Positions 49,134 through 63,575 of a DNA stretch of 64,000 nucleotides are shown one piece after another. Source of the stretch: Eledone cirrhosa (lineage: Eukaryota). Made by a program: the position numbers and the translations under genes. The notes under the pieces are model-generated. The model was not told where the DNA came from. It worked only from the letters and a program-made list of their open reading frames with translations, and made no database searches. The first letter of the stretch is position 1. Every line of letters begins with the position of its first letter. The stretch is taken from positions 33,232,001 through 33,296,000 of the forward strand of contig OZ024742.1 in the NCBI GenBank assembly GCA_964016885.1, given 5' to 3'.

Positions 49134-49540
49134 CTTTAAAAGCTGCCCAATGCAAAGCATTATCACCGTCTTTGTCGACAAGTTGTTTCTGTGCCCCCTT
49201 TCCCATTAAATAGGCAGCAAGCATAGTCTGGCTATACTGTGCAGCAACAGTTAGGGGCGTACAGCCCTTATTGTCCATCACATCAAGAGGGACGCCTGCC
49301 TGCACTAGTATGTCCACAACAGCAATGTGCCCATTCACACAGGCCCAGTGAATTGGCCGTGCACAGGGGTCATTCTGACTCGGTTCGTTTATCAATCCTT
49401 TGCATTCTATGATGAAGCGAAGTATGGCGGTATGTCCTCCAAGGCATGCCCAATGAGCTGGTGTGTGACCTTTCTCGTCCCGAATTGAAAATATACTTGG
49501 ACCTTCTTGTTCAACCAGAGCTTGAACAGGGACCAATGAT
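49134..49540 (-). CDS. Patsas: Internal coding exon (407 bp) encoding about four ankyrin repeats of a Patsas/HIP14-like palmitoyltransferase
   Basis: Acceptor ...tttttcaatttttcAG|ATCATTG, donor TTTAAAG|GTAAG. Translation SLVPVQALVEQEGPSIFSIRDEKGHTPAHWACLGGH...ARPIHWACVNGH...GCTPLTVAAQY...DGDNALHWAAFK(G). HWA-type ankyrin repeats are typical of ankyrin-DHHC enzymes. Confidence 0.9.
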
Positions 49541-52168
49541 CTGAAAAATTGAAAAAAAATAAAAATAGAAGATAAATCAATTGAAAACAATGAGAATATA
49601 TTTGCTTTCCCAAATGATAAATATAAAAAAAAAAATTCTTAATTAATTTCAAGGTTATTTGAAAATCATGTGCTATCTTTCAATAGAAATATGGTAACAG
49701 AAGGGTTAAAAAATAGGTGGGATTAGACAATTTAAGTCTAAAATGACAGGATGGTTGTTATGGTTGGAATATCTTTGAATACCATAGGTCAGCTCAATCA
49801 GAACTCTGACCTAGAGTTAAACAATAACATATATTGGTTCTGAATTCAATTAACACTATCACTTACTTTTTATACAGAAAAAGAAAGGATCGGGAAGAAG
49901 GGAATGATGTCGAGAGAGGTAGGTCTTATGGCAACAGAAGGAGATTTCTTATTAACTCCACTAATATCTATTATAAATAAGAATTAAAAAACTGTCACAC
50001 ACTGACCAAGAAAAAAAAAGATGGAGAAATAACAATGAATAACAATGATAAGGAGAATAATTTCTTTCCATAAACACAACAACCAAACAACAACCATACA
50101 ATGGAATGTATCCATCAACCTCATCAGTAATAGAGTGAGGAATATAAGTGGTATGCACAGAACTGGTGTTACCATTAAATCTGAATAGGCAGCTGCCTAG
50201 GGAATAGGCCACAGAGAAGCACATTACTGAATATTCAAGGACCACAAGTTTTATACAAATTTGCATAATTAAACTAAATATATAATAATTTTCTGTGATC
50301 AATAAATAAAGTGTTAAACAATTTTGCCAAGTAAGAGCATTATATTCCATTCCATTTTATGTCCGCTTTTTCCCTGCTTACAAGGGTGGGATGGGAACTG
50401 ATTCTGGCTTGATTTCTACAGCTGGATGCCCTTCCTAACACCATTTACAGTGAGTGCTGGCTGCTTTTTTGCCGTGGCACCTCCACGACCACTTTGCAGT
50501 GGAATAATATGGACCCCAGTCCCTATCATCTCATTTCTACAGCTGAGTAAACTGGAGCAATGTGAAATGAAGTGTCTTGCTCAAGGAAACAACACATCAC
50601 CCAGTCTGAGAATTGAACTCACAACCTTTTGATTGCAAGGCCAATGCTCTAACCACTAAGCCATGTGCCTCCATATAAATATGGAAAATGGTGGAGTGTC
50701 ATAATGTGTTATGACCAGTCACATAATTTGGCATGGGTGAGTGTGGACTGTGTAGTGTAGCAACCAGACTTAGTAATTTTCTTAGTGTGATCAGAATGGG
50801 AAGTGTCAAAAATTAGGTTTGTCAGCTTATCAAACTGGAAGTTGAAGCTGTTTTATTAGGGAGAATAGGGTGTATCACTTGGCTGCACATTATAGATTTA
50901 GCCTAGGGTACTAAATACTCAGGTGCTGGCTCTGGTTATGTAATAGTTCTCCCTTCCACTAAATTATATGAAAAGGAAAAACTAAAAAATACACGAAGGA
51001 CAATAAGTGTGTGATGTTTATGTTACATGATGCAGGCATGGTTGTGTGGTGAAGAAGTTTGCTTTGTAATTATGAGGACCAGCGTTCAACCCCATACCAT
51101 GGTATCTTGGTCAAGTGTCTTGGTTTGATCCAAGGCTGGCCAGTGATATTGGGTAGATGGAAACTATATAGAGATCTATCAAGTAGACTGAACCTGTAAT
51201 TCAAAGCCTCAACCTTGTCACATGCAGTCATGTTGATTCTGTCTGGAGATTATGTTGAGGGTACAGTCATCTGTGGAACCTTTGAATTATAGGTACAATC
51301 TATTTGACGGGCTTTCATGCTGTTTCTGTCTAACCAATTTCATTCCTAAAGCTTTGACTAATCTAAGAACATGGCAAAAACCACTTGCCCAAGATGCCAT
51401 TTGGTGGTTTGAGCAGCAATTTTTGTAACCATTCTGTATAACAGAGAATTAAATTCTTTATGCGATTTTCAATTCATTCTTCTCTAAACTGAGTTTAAAT
51501 TCAATCAATGTAGACTTTACTATTTTTCTAAATGAATCAATGAGGAAGCCTCAAGGAGGAAAATCAAGAAGCCTCGATGTAACCATTTGACCTGTTAAAA
51601 ATAGTAACCAAAATATCCCTTAATTACATCCAATCATTTAAAAAAGAATAGGACATGTAAGATAATTGTTTCTACTTTTGGCACAAGGCCAGCAATTACC
51701 CAGTGCATTACTGGTACTTTATTTTATCGACCCCGTATGGTTGAAAGACAAAGTTAATCTCAGCGGGATTTGAACTCAGACCATAAAGGGCCGTAAGTCT
51801 TTGCTGCAAAGCATGGCGTCCAACCCTCTACCGATACTGCCAATCCACCGTGTAAGATAATGTTGTCTTACTAGTTGAACATTGTTTTCAGTGACACCAA
51901 TAGTGTTGAATGTATTTAATTTTTGGAGTCTAGAATTGGTATGCCATATATACCAAGATTACTGGATACATGAACTATCATACAAACTGGGAAATTTGTA
52001 TTTGGATTAATTAATAGTTTGCATAAGAAAAACCCTATAGTTTATCCTTACTGACACATGGAAGTATTTAAAGATGGGAATATTTTAATAATTTATTTCT
52101 AGGATATAATAACATAAATGTTAAGCAATATATATACAAATGATATACAGGGTTAAATGTATAAGAAA

Positions 52169-52988
52169 CTAGCAGTGGTACCCGGCGTTGCATGGGATAA
52201 GGTATTTGGAACGCGGGCCGCCAACAGACCTAATCGTGGAAAAACTGAATGCCTGAACAATATGTAAAGAAAATAAACCGAATACTCTGATGGCTGGATA
52301 ATCTTTAAAATTTTCCTTGATGACGCAGGAAAAATGCAGGTTTTCACCAAATGTGGGCCCTGGGGGATCAAGAAAGTAAATTTTTTTTATGTGCATAATA
52401 TGTCTTGAAATTTCGGGAAAAGCGGCTAGACGTAACGCCTCCAAAAATCCCTAAAAAGCTGAAAAAATGAAGTTTTTCACCTAATGCGGGCCCTAGGCCA
52501 TAAAAAGGTTGGATTTTCTTTGCTCACGGAATGAAGAAGAGACTGACTAAAACATAGTTACAATTTCAAGGAAATCGGTCTGACATAACGCCTCAGATAA
52601 CCCCTAAAAACATGAAAAAAAACGCGTATATGTGTATATATATATATTACACACACAGAAATGTATATATATTTCTGTGTGTGTGTATATATATATATAT
52701 ATATTACACACAGAGAAATGTATATATATTTCTGTGTGTATATATATATATATATTTCTGTGTGTGTATATATATATATATTACACACACACAGAAATGT
52801 ATATATGTTTCTGTAGCACTCCTCAATTCCCCCCTCTCTCCCTCCCGCTATCCCCCTCTTGTAGTCTGTCTCTTTCTTTCACTCTCACTCTCTCTCTACG
52901 CGTGCGCAAAAAACATTCGCACGCACACACGTGTTTCCACTGTCGGACAGACAGACAGAGAAATTGCTGGTTATATATTATAAGGAGA
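52169..52988 (-). mobile_element. Complete non-autonomous Helitron-like element (~820 bp)
   Basis: Minus strand runs A|TCTCCTTATAAT...cccatgcaacgccggg hairpin-taccactgCTAG|T, i.e. inserted between A and T with no TSD. Contains a palindromic minisatellite (acacacagaaat...atttctgtgtgt, three copies). Confidence 0.75.
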
Positions 52989-54149
52989 TAACTATTTACA
53001 GGGACAAGAGGGTGTGATTGGTGTGAACTTCTTATAGTAACATGAGTAAGAAGAGGGTGTATGCTTGTGAACATTTAACCCTTTAGCATTTACATTACTC
53101 TATATTTACTATTGTATTTTTGTGGTAAAGGCTTTATCTTACATGATTATCTCACATAATATCAAATCTATGAGATTTTGATGTTATTTATTTTAAGAAC
53201 AATACCTGAACATCAGTATGAGCAGCCAGATACAGCCAGTTTGAACAGAAAGAGGTGAGAGAATTCTGGCCGGATACAGCCGGTTTAAATGCTAAAGGGT
53301 TAAAAAATTACAGCCTAATATATAAATATAGAAACACACAGCATATTATTAATATCATTATGGTTAATTAGATTTAAGAACCAGGTGGGATAGTCATGAC
53401 TAGAATGATTTTGATCAAAATGTTTGATTCTGATTGATCATGGTTGACTTAGGGCTAAACAAGAACAATAACAACAACAAGAAAAACTAGGAAGTCTATA
53501 TGTGGTAACTGAACCTGCTAGAAATAGTAATCAAAATCTCCCCCAAATCCCACCCTACTGCTTTTTATTTTTTTAAAAAGGACATATAAGCTAATGTAGT
53601 CCTAAATATACTATTTGTAAAAACAAGATGGAATGGACACAGCTAGAATAGTTTTGATCAAGTCTGGTTCTGATTGACTTAAGGAAGAACAAGAGCAACA
53701 AGAACCACAATAGGCTGCATGCCAAATCAAAAGAAATCCATTATTACCTATCTGTAATAACATCATTACCAATACCAGAACACAAGATTACAAAATACAA
53801 GAAACAAAAATTGCCACACCTATAAAACAAAAGTAATTACAACAACAAAATCAAATGTCAAAGATAAGAAACAATAAGAGTTTTTATTTCAGTGGAGGCT
53901 AGAACAACTATTGATGGTGACCCTGAGAAAATTAACTCCAATGATCTATTGAAGCAAGGACTCTTAATTTTGTTTGTGGTAGAAGTGTCTTTTATTCTGG
54001 GAATGACTAATATCAGATAGTGTAGTGTTAGCTAGCATTATCTTTGTATTGGTGTGTATATTTTACTTTGCCTTCTTTCTTCTTTCTCTCTTTCTTTCTA
54101 TCATATATTCTATTAAAGGCAATGTATTTCTTTCAGAGTAATATTTAAG

Positions 54150-54470
54150 ATGTATTGTGTTGGACCTCTGTCGGTTCTGACGATGAACAGCTTTGTTTGA
54201 ACAATGGAACAGAATGCTTGTAAAATTAACATGCAAGTGGCCGAACATTCCTCAGATGTGTGTACACAAAATGTAGCTCCCAGGGAGATTCAGTATGACA
54301 CAGTGTGTGACAAGACTGGTTCTTTGAATTATAGGTACAACTGTTCTTTCCTACATGAGTGAACTGGAGCAACACAAAATAAAGTATCTACCCCAGGGAA
54401 ACAATACACTGCAGAGAATTGAATTCATGACCTTCAGATTGTGAGCTGCACATGCCTAACCCCTAAGCCA
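54150..54470 (-). mobile_element. Older tRNA/CORE-like SINE with a different tail; related relic at ~51030-51300(+)
   Basis: Degenerate A and B boxes and a CORE-like block (actttattttgtgttgctccagttcactca). Confidence 0.55.
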
Positions 54471-55700
54471 TTCATGTTCACTATTTAGGATATCAATAAA
54501 TGATATGTTGGCACTGTTGGAGGTCATATAGGTATGAGAGCAAGAATTTGGTATCTAGCTGGCTGGCTGGTTGGCAGGGTTGGGTCGGTGGGTGTGGGGG
54601 TAGTCTGCAAATATGAGTTAGTGGGTAGGATGATGGATATATAATTGCCAGAAAGAGGGGTGTAGAGGCGTGAGTCTGTTGTTTGTGCTGTCAACAGCTG
54701 GTTTCGTCACATTACACAATGTGCATGCAGGTACACCACATAAACATGTGTATGCACATAACGTATACATATGTATATGTATGTATATGTATACATACAT
54801 ATACATATGTATACATATGTATATGTATGTATATATATATATATATATATACATATGTATACATATATATATATATACATATGTATACATATATATATAT
54901 ACATATATATACATATATATATATACATATATATACATATATATATATACATATATATACATATGTATACATACATATACATATGTATACATACATATAT
55001 ATACATATGTATACATGTACATATGTATATATACATATATATACATATGTATATATACATATATATACATATGTATATATACATATATATACATATACAT
55101 ATGTATATATACATATGTATACATGTACATATGTATATATACATATATATATATACATATACATATATACATATATATACATATACATATGTATATATAC
55201 ATATGTATTTATATACATATATATACATATACATACATATATATACATATACATATGTATATATACATATGTATTTATATACATATATATACATGCATAT
55301 ATATACATGTACATATACATATACATACATATACATATGTATATATACATATACACATATACATACATATACATATGTAAATATACATATGTATATATAT
55401 ACATATACATACATATACATATGTGTGTATATGTATATATACATATACATATGTATATATACATATATATACATATACATATGTATATTTACATATGTAT
55501 ATATACATAAATATACATATACATATGTATATTTACATATGTATATATACATAAATATACATATACATATGTATATAAACATATGTATATATATATACAT
55601 ATGTATATATACACACGTAATAGGGAAAAGTATGACCCCGACGGCAGAGCTCAAGCCGTTTCGGCGGCTATTTCTGGACTATATACATATGTATATAGTA

Positions 55701-55748
<48 letters not shown>

Positions 55749-56029
55749 CATATGTATATATACATATGTATATATACATATGTATATATACATATATATA
55801 CATATACATATGTATATTTACATATGTATATATACATAAATATATATATACATATGTATATTTACATATGTATATATACATAAATATACATATACATATG
55901 TATATAAACATATGTATATATATATACATATGTATATATACACACGTAATAGGGAAAAGTATGACCCCGACGGCAGAGCTCAAGCCGTTTCGGCGGCTAT
56001 TTCTGGACTATATACATATGTATATAGTA

Positions 56030-56094
<65 letters not shown>

Positions 56095-56102
56095 ATACAT
56101 AT

Positions 56103-57885
56103 ATCATCATCATCATCATCATCATCAATGTTTAACGTCCGTGTTCCACGCTTGCATGGGTTTGGACGGGGGTAGTCCCACTTGAGGCAAGAGTGATTGT
56201 CTTGCTCGCATAGGACTGTCTGGCAGGTTTTCTACAGTTGGATGCCCTTCCTAACACCAACCACATTTACAGTGTGGGTCTGGGAGGTTTTTACCGTGTT
56301 GCCTACACGGCCACATTACAGCGTGGACTGTGTGTTTTTTTGTCGTGACACCTACACGATCTCATTTGTTTCGGCCTCGATGGCGCGGCACCAACATAAC
56401 TTTACATAGAACGGGTGGTGTGGATGGGGTGGGGGTGGTGGTGGTGGGACGGGGTGTATTTTGTTAGAGATGCCTACTGGCTGGAGTAGGTTTTACTATA
56501 TATTTAGGTAAGGCGGGTCTTCTCTGTTACTGAGTACCGCCAAAGGTCTTGGTCCAGTGACATTGTCTTGGAGAGGTGTAAGTGTGTGATGTCGGAGTTT
56601 ATCAGCTCGTCCCAGGTTTTTCTAGGTCTGCCTATTCCGTGACTACCGTCTATCTTTATTGCCCTGCACTTTGTTATACAGCTATCGACTTTCATGCGCA
56701 TCACGTGTCCATACCAACGTAGCCTTCTCTCGAGTAAACAACATCTGATCCCTCTTATCTCTAATTTTTTCCTTAGTTCGTTTATGCTTTGCCGTTCACG
56801 TATATTACTGTTACACATCCAGCGGAGCATGCAAGCTTCGTTCCTCTCTAGTCTGCGTATATCCTCTGCACACAATGCCCAGGTCTCACTGCCATGCAGC
56901 ATTGCTGTTCGTATGCAGGCATCGTACAACCTGCCTTTCATTTTTAGTGAGAACCCTTTAGCAGCTAATAGTGGTATAAGCTCTCTGAACTTTTTCCAAC
57001 CAGTTCTGACTCTAGCTACAGTACTTTCAGAGCACTCTCCCCCACTGCTGATTTTATCGCCCAGGTAACGGAAGCTGTCCACTATTTCTATAGAACCCTC
57101 TGCGCAATTGAAAGAGCTAGTATTTTGTGGGCACTTGCTGCTACTTATTGCACCAGAGCACCGGCCACATGTAAAATCTATGTTCTTAGTTAGCTTACCT
57201 GTGATCCCACTACATCTTTTATGCACCCATACTTTGCATTTAGGACATAAAATGGAGTTTCTACCTACGCCTTTCCTACACACCGAGCACGACCATTTCC
57301 CAGAAGGGACCGCCGCCTTGTTTTCTTTCCTACAAACTAGTACTTTGGTCTTAGCCAGGTTAATTTTAAGTCCTTTTGACTCTAGGCCGTGCTTCCATGT
57401 TTGGAATTTCTTCTCTAGCTCGGCCATTGATTCCGCTATGAGTGTCAGGTCGTCTGCGTATAGGAGTTCCCATGGGCAGCCTGTCTTGAACTCCTCTGTT
57501 ATAGCCTGAAGGGCAATAATAAATAGTAGTGGGCTGAGAACAGAGCCCTGATGGACGCCAACTTTTACGCTAAACTCTTCACTATATTCGTTGTTAATTC
57601 TAACCTTGCTGACTGTTTCTTTATACATGGCTTGTATAGCCCTCACAAGCCATTCGTCAACGCCTAGTTTTTTAAGAGCCCACCAGATAATGGAGCGGGG
57701 GACTCTGTCGAAGGCTTTCTCCAAGTCGACAAAAGCTAAGTAGAGGGGTTTACCTTTAGCTAGGTACTTCTCCTGTAGTTGTCGTACTATGAAAAGAGCG
57801 TCTGTGGTACTTTTGCCTGACACAAACCCGAACTGCATTTCATCTAGGTCAATTCTCTCTCTGATTAGTTGCGCTATTACTTTTA
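56103..57885 (-). mobile_element. RTE LINE subfamily B, 5'-truncated, with an uninterrupted RT reading frame (56504-57885)
   Basis: [45 protein letters not shown]-like insert, [14 protein letters not shown]. Embedded in (TA)n. Confidence 0.95.
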
Positions 57886-57889
57886 TATA

Positions 57890-57937
<48 letters not shown>

Positions 57938-58930
57938 AATACATATATATATACATATACATATATATATATACATATATATATACATATACATATATAT
58001 ATATACATATATATATATATACATATACATATATATATATACATATATATATATATAAATACATATACATACACATATATATACAGACATATACATACAC
58101 ATATATATATACATATATATATATATACACATATATATATACACATATATATACACACATATATATACACACATATATATACACATATATATATACACAT
58201 ATATATATACACATATATATATATACATATATATACACATACATATATATACACATATATATACATATAAACATACACATATATACATACATATTTATAC
58301 ATATATACATACACATATATACATACATATTTATACATATATATATACATACATACATATTTATACATATATACATACATATATATACATATATACATAC
58401 ATATATATACATATATACATACATATCCAAACCCATGCAAGCGTGGAAGATGGATGTTAAACGATGAGGATGATGGTGACATATATATATGTATACATAT
58501 ATATATATATATATACATACATATATACATACATATATATACATATACATATATACATACATACATATATACATATACACACACATATATATATATAAAC
58601 ACACATATATATATATACACACACACATATATATATACACACACATATATGTATATATACACACACATATATGTATATATACACACACACACATATATAT
58701 ATACACACACATATATATATACACACACACATATATATATATATATACACACACACATATATATATATATACACACACACACACATATATATATACACAC
58801 ACACACATATATATATATGTATACACACACACATATGTATATATACATACACACACACACACATATATATATATACACACACACATATATATACACACAC
58901 ACATATATATATATACACACATATATATAT

Positions 58931-58970
<40 letters not shown>

Positions 58971-58999
58971 ATGTATATATGTATATATATATGGTTATG

Positions 59000-59032
<33 letters not shown>

Positions 59033-59137
59033 GGTTATGTATATGTATATATATATATATATATATGGTTATGTATATGTATATATATATATGGTTATGT
59101 ATATGTATATATATGTATATATATATATATATATACA

Positions 59138-59171
<34 letters not shown>

Positions 59172-59187
59172 CATACATGTGTGTGTG

Positions 59188-59221
<34 letters not shown>

Positions 59222-59559
59222 TATATAGAGAGAAATACATAAGAAAAATAGTATAAAGAGGCTATTTATTGGCTCACACTGACTGTTAATAGTTCAAATA
59301 GCTGAAATAATGGGAGAGAGAGATAGAGAGGGGGGAGGGGGCAAAATAAAAGGTGTGTAACATCAACAGGGTGAAAGACTTAATGAGAAAGATGGAGAGA
59401 AAGACCAGCAGAGAAAGTGTCAAATATAGAGAATAATGAGGAAATGAAGGAGTATGTGAGGGGGTGGGGTGAGAGAGGGAGGGAGAGAGAGAAGAGAGGA
59501 AGTGCAATGAAATAGTAGAAAAAGTACAAAAGATGAGAGAATTAGAAAGAAGGCAAAGA

Positions 59560-59930
59560 AAAAGAGCATGTAAGAATGAGAGAGAGAGAGAGAGAGAGAC
59601 AAGAATGGAAGAAAGAGTGAAAGAAGAGGAGAAAAATTACGAGGGAAAAAGAGAAAGAGTGGGAGAGAATAAGAAAGAGAGAGAATGAAAAAGAGAGAGA
59701 GCGAGAGAATGAAAAAGAGAGAAAGAGCAGGAGAGAGAATGAAAAAAGAGAGAACGAGCAGGAGAAAGAGAAAGAGAGAGAATGAAAGAGAGAGAGAGAG
59801 AGAATGAAAAAGAGAGAAAGAGCAGGAGAGAAAGAGAAAGAGAGAGAATGAAAAAGAGAGAGAGAGAGAGAGAGAATGAAAAAGAGAGAAAGAGCAGGAG
59901 AGAGAGCGTGCAGGAGAGAAAGAGAGACAG
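59560..59930. repeat. Polypurine (GA)-rich minisatellite (gagagaatgaaaaagagagaaagagcag)
   Basis: Visible directly. Confidence 0.85.
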
Positions 59931-61312
59931 TATGTGTGTGGAATCATTTGCTATTATATTTATAGATATCCATTGATTTTGCTTGCAAATAAAATGATCT
60001 TTCACTAGAGCCTAATCATAGAATAATAGCTTATGAAATTCTTACCAATACTAAAGCTGGAATTAGAACTACTTACTTTATATCTACATTGGTTTCGGGG
60101 GGGGGGGGGGTATTTGCTTTTTTTTTTTGCTTATTGTTATATTTTTTATTCTATTTAGTTTTGTTTTATGCTTATTATATGTCTGTTTTGCTTTTATTTC
60201 CTTTTTTTTTGGTTGTTTTTGTTTTTGTTTTTTCTTTTCTTTTCTTTTCTATTTAATCCCCAGTTTCATCACCATCATCATCTTCTTCCTGATCATTATG
60301 CTCATCAGCAATAGCAGCAAAATAATAATAATAATAATAATAACAATGAGGTATGTGAGGTGATGATGATGATGGTGGTGGTGTTAATGAGGATGGTCAT
60401 GATGGTGATGATTATGACGATAGTGACGAGCCTTTTATTCCTATATATTGAGATTTAAGCAAATTTACTAAACTATATATTTCTAATTTTGGTACAAATA
60501 CAAAATGTAAAAAATAAAAGATAAAATGAAAGACGGACTTTTTAAGAAGAAAAAATGAGAGAAGAATTAATCTGAAAGTGTTAAAATGTGAGCATGTATG
60601 TATGTCTGTGTAAGTGAATGTATGTATACATGTGTGTGTATATGTATGTGTGTGTGTGTGCATACATAGATATGTATTATATATGTAGTTAATATATCAA
60701 ATCCATGTGTTAATTGTCTGATAATTCAAAGGATTTCTTTTGAAGCACAAAACTATTTTTATTGTTATTTGATTTTTATTATATTTTATAGGAATAAGGA
60801 AACAGGATAATTGATTAATTTGGACTTGATTCAAGTATATTACTGGTATCGGCTTTATCAAAATCCAAAGAATTTGAACTCAGAACTGTAGGTTACTGAA
60901 TTGTAGGTTACTGAACTAGATAACTTTGTTGGTAAATGATGATAATGATGATGATATCATCATTATCATCATCATCATTTTACGTCTGCTTTTCCCTGCT
61001 TGCAAGGGTGGGACAGGAACTGATTCTGGCTTGATTTCTACAGCTGGATGCCCTTCCTAACACCAACCTCATTTACAGTGAGTGCTGGCTGCTTTTTTGC
61101 CGTGGCACCTCCACGACCACTTTGCAGTGGAATGATAGGGACCCCAGTCCTTATCATCTCATTTCTACAGCTGAGTAAACTGGAGCAATGTGAAATAAAG
61201 TGTCTTGCTCAAGGAAACAACACATCACCCAGTCCGAGAATTGAACTCACAACCTTTCGATTGCAAGGCCAATGCTCTAACCACTAAGCCATGTGCCTCC
61301 ATATATATATAT

Positions 61313-63533
61313 ATCATCATCATCATCGTTTAACGTCCATATTCCACGCTTGCATGGGTTTGGACGGGAGTTTTCCCACTTGAGGCAAGAGTGGTTGTCT
61401 TGCTCGCATAGGACTGTCTGGCGGGTTTTCTACGGCTGGATGCCCTTCCTAACACCAACCACATTTACAGTGTGGAACTGGGAGGTTTTTACCGTGTTAC
61501 CTACACGGCCATATTACAGCGTGGACTGTGTGTGTTTTTTGTCGTGACACCTACATGACCTGATTTGTTTCGGGCTGGATGTTGTGGTACCAACATAACT
61601 TTACATTGAAAAGGGTGGTGTGGATGGGGTGGGAGTAGTGGGACGGGGGTGTATTTTGTTAGAGGTGCCTACTGACTGTAGTAGGTTTCACTTTGTACTT
61701 AGGTAAGGCGGGTCTTCTCTATTACTGTGTAGCGCCAAAGGTCTCGGTCCAGTGACATTGTCTTGGAGAGGTGTAAGTGTGTGAGGTCGGAATTTATCAA
61801 GTATCCCAGGTTTTTCTGGGTCTGCCTACTCCGTGGCTACCGTCTATTTATATTGCCCTGCACTTTTTTATACAGCTGTCGTCTTTCAGGCGCATCACGT
61901 GACCATACCAACGTAGTCTTCTCTCGAGTAAACAACATCTGATCCCTCTTATTTCTAATTTTTCCCTTAGTTCGTTTATGCTTTGCCGTTCACGTATATT
62001 GCTATTACACATCCAGCGGATCATGCAAGCTTCGTTCCTCTCCAGTCTGCGTATATCCTCTGCACACAATGCCCAGGTCTCACTGCCATGTAACATTGCT
62101 GTTCATATGCAGGCATCATACAGCCTGCCTTTCATTTTTAGAGAGAATCCTTTAGCGGCTAATAGTGGTATAAGCTCTCTGAACTTTTTCCATCCAGTTC
62201 TGACTCTAGCTACTGTACTTTCAGAGCACCCTCCCCCACTGCTGATTTTGTCACCCAGGTAACGGAGTGAGCTAGTATTCTGTGGGCACTTGCTGCTACT
62301 TATTGCACCAGAGCACCGGCCACATATAAAATCTATGTTCTTAGTTAGCTTACCTGTGATCCCACTGCATCTTTTATGCACCCATACTTTGCATTTGGGA
62401 CATAAAATGGAGTTTCTACCTACTCCATTCCTACGCACTGAGCATGGCCATTTCCCGGATGGGACCGGCACCCTATTTTCCTTCCTACAAACTAGAACTT
62501 TAGTCTTAGACAGGTTAATTTTAAGGCCTTTTGATTCTAGGCCATGCTTCCATGTTTGGAGTTTCTTCTCTAGTTCGGCCATTGATTCAGCTATGAGCGT
62601 TAGATCATCTGCGTATAGGAGATCCCATGGACTGCCAGTCTTGAACTCCACTGTTATAGCCTGAAGGGCAATAATAAATAGTAGGGGGCTAAGAACGGAG
62701 CCCTGATGAACACCAACTTTTACGCTAAACTCTTCACTATATTCGTTAACCTTGCTGACTGTTTCTTTATACATGGCTTGTATAGCTCTCACAAGCCATT
62801 CGTCGACACCTAGTTTTCTAAGAACCCACCAGATAATGGAACGGGGGACTCTGTCGAAGGCTTTCTCCAAGTCGACAAAAGCTAAGTATAGGGGTTTACT
62901 TTTAGCTAGGTACTTCTCCTGTAGTTGTCGTACAGTGAAATGGAGTTTTACCTGACACAAACCCGAACAGCATTTCATCTAGATCAATTATCTCTCTGAT
63001 TAGTTGCGCTATTACTTTTTCTGTGACCTTCATGACCTGGTCGATTAATTTAATGCCTCTATAGTTACTCCAATCTAGGGCATCTCCTTTACCCTTGTAC
63101 CAGTTAATGATGATGCTGCTACGCCAGTCCTTTGGAACAACCCCATTCTGTATGACTTGGTTTACTATCCAGGTGACCATGGTGTGTCCCACCGTTCCAG
63201 AAGCTTTCAGCATTTCAGCAACTATTTCCGAAAGCCCAGCCGCCTTACCCGTCTTCATATCTTTGATTGCCTTACTTATTATACTACCTTCGACTAACAC
63301 TGCTGGTCCCTCTATTGGGTCGATGTGGGGAGACTGTCTTTCTCCCATTTATTCTCCTCATTTAGTAGCCTTTCGTAGTGACACTTCCAAGCTACCTTCT
63401 TATCAGCGTCAGTGATGGCAAGTACACCATCATCATTAAGGACAAACTTCTCCCCGACAATATCACGGTTTTCCTTGACACATTGCCTAGCAATCCTGAA
63501 CACCTCACGTTTTTGGTCCTCGCGTCGTAGAAC
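61313..63533 (-). mobile_element. RTE LINE subfamily B, longest copy, with frameshifts and deletions
   Basis: Extends upstream through KAAGLSEIVAEMLK, KGKGDALDWSNYRGIKL and WKCHYERLLN; several stops and indels. Confidence 0.93.
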
Positions 63534-63575
63534 ATGATTGAACTATATATGTATATATATATATATATACATATT

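Noticed and set aside
49961-50350. Candidate upstream exon of the ankyrin gene
   Set aside because: No recognisable homology and no convincing donor site. No upstream exon could be identified in 49541-64000, so it probably lies beyond the window.
54618-59256. Long Y/I/C/V/H/T-rich ORFs, including the N-terminal ~135 aa of the 594-aa ORF
   Set aside because: Translations of (TA)n/(CA)n microsatellites. The same applies to ORFs at 31.7-32.3, 40.7-41.3 and 45.3-45.7 kb.
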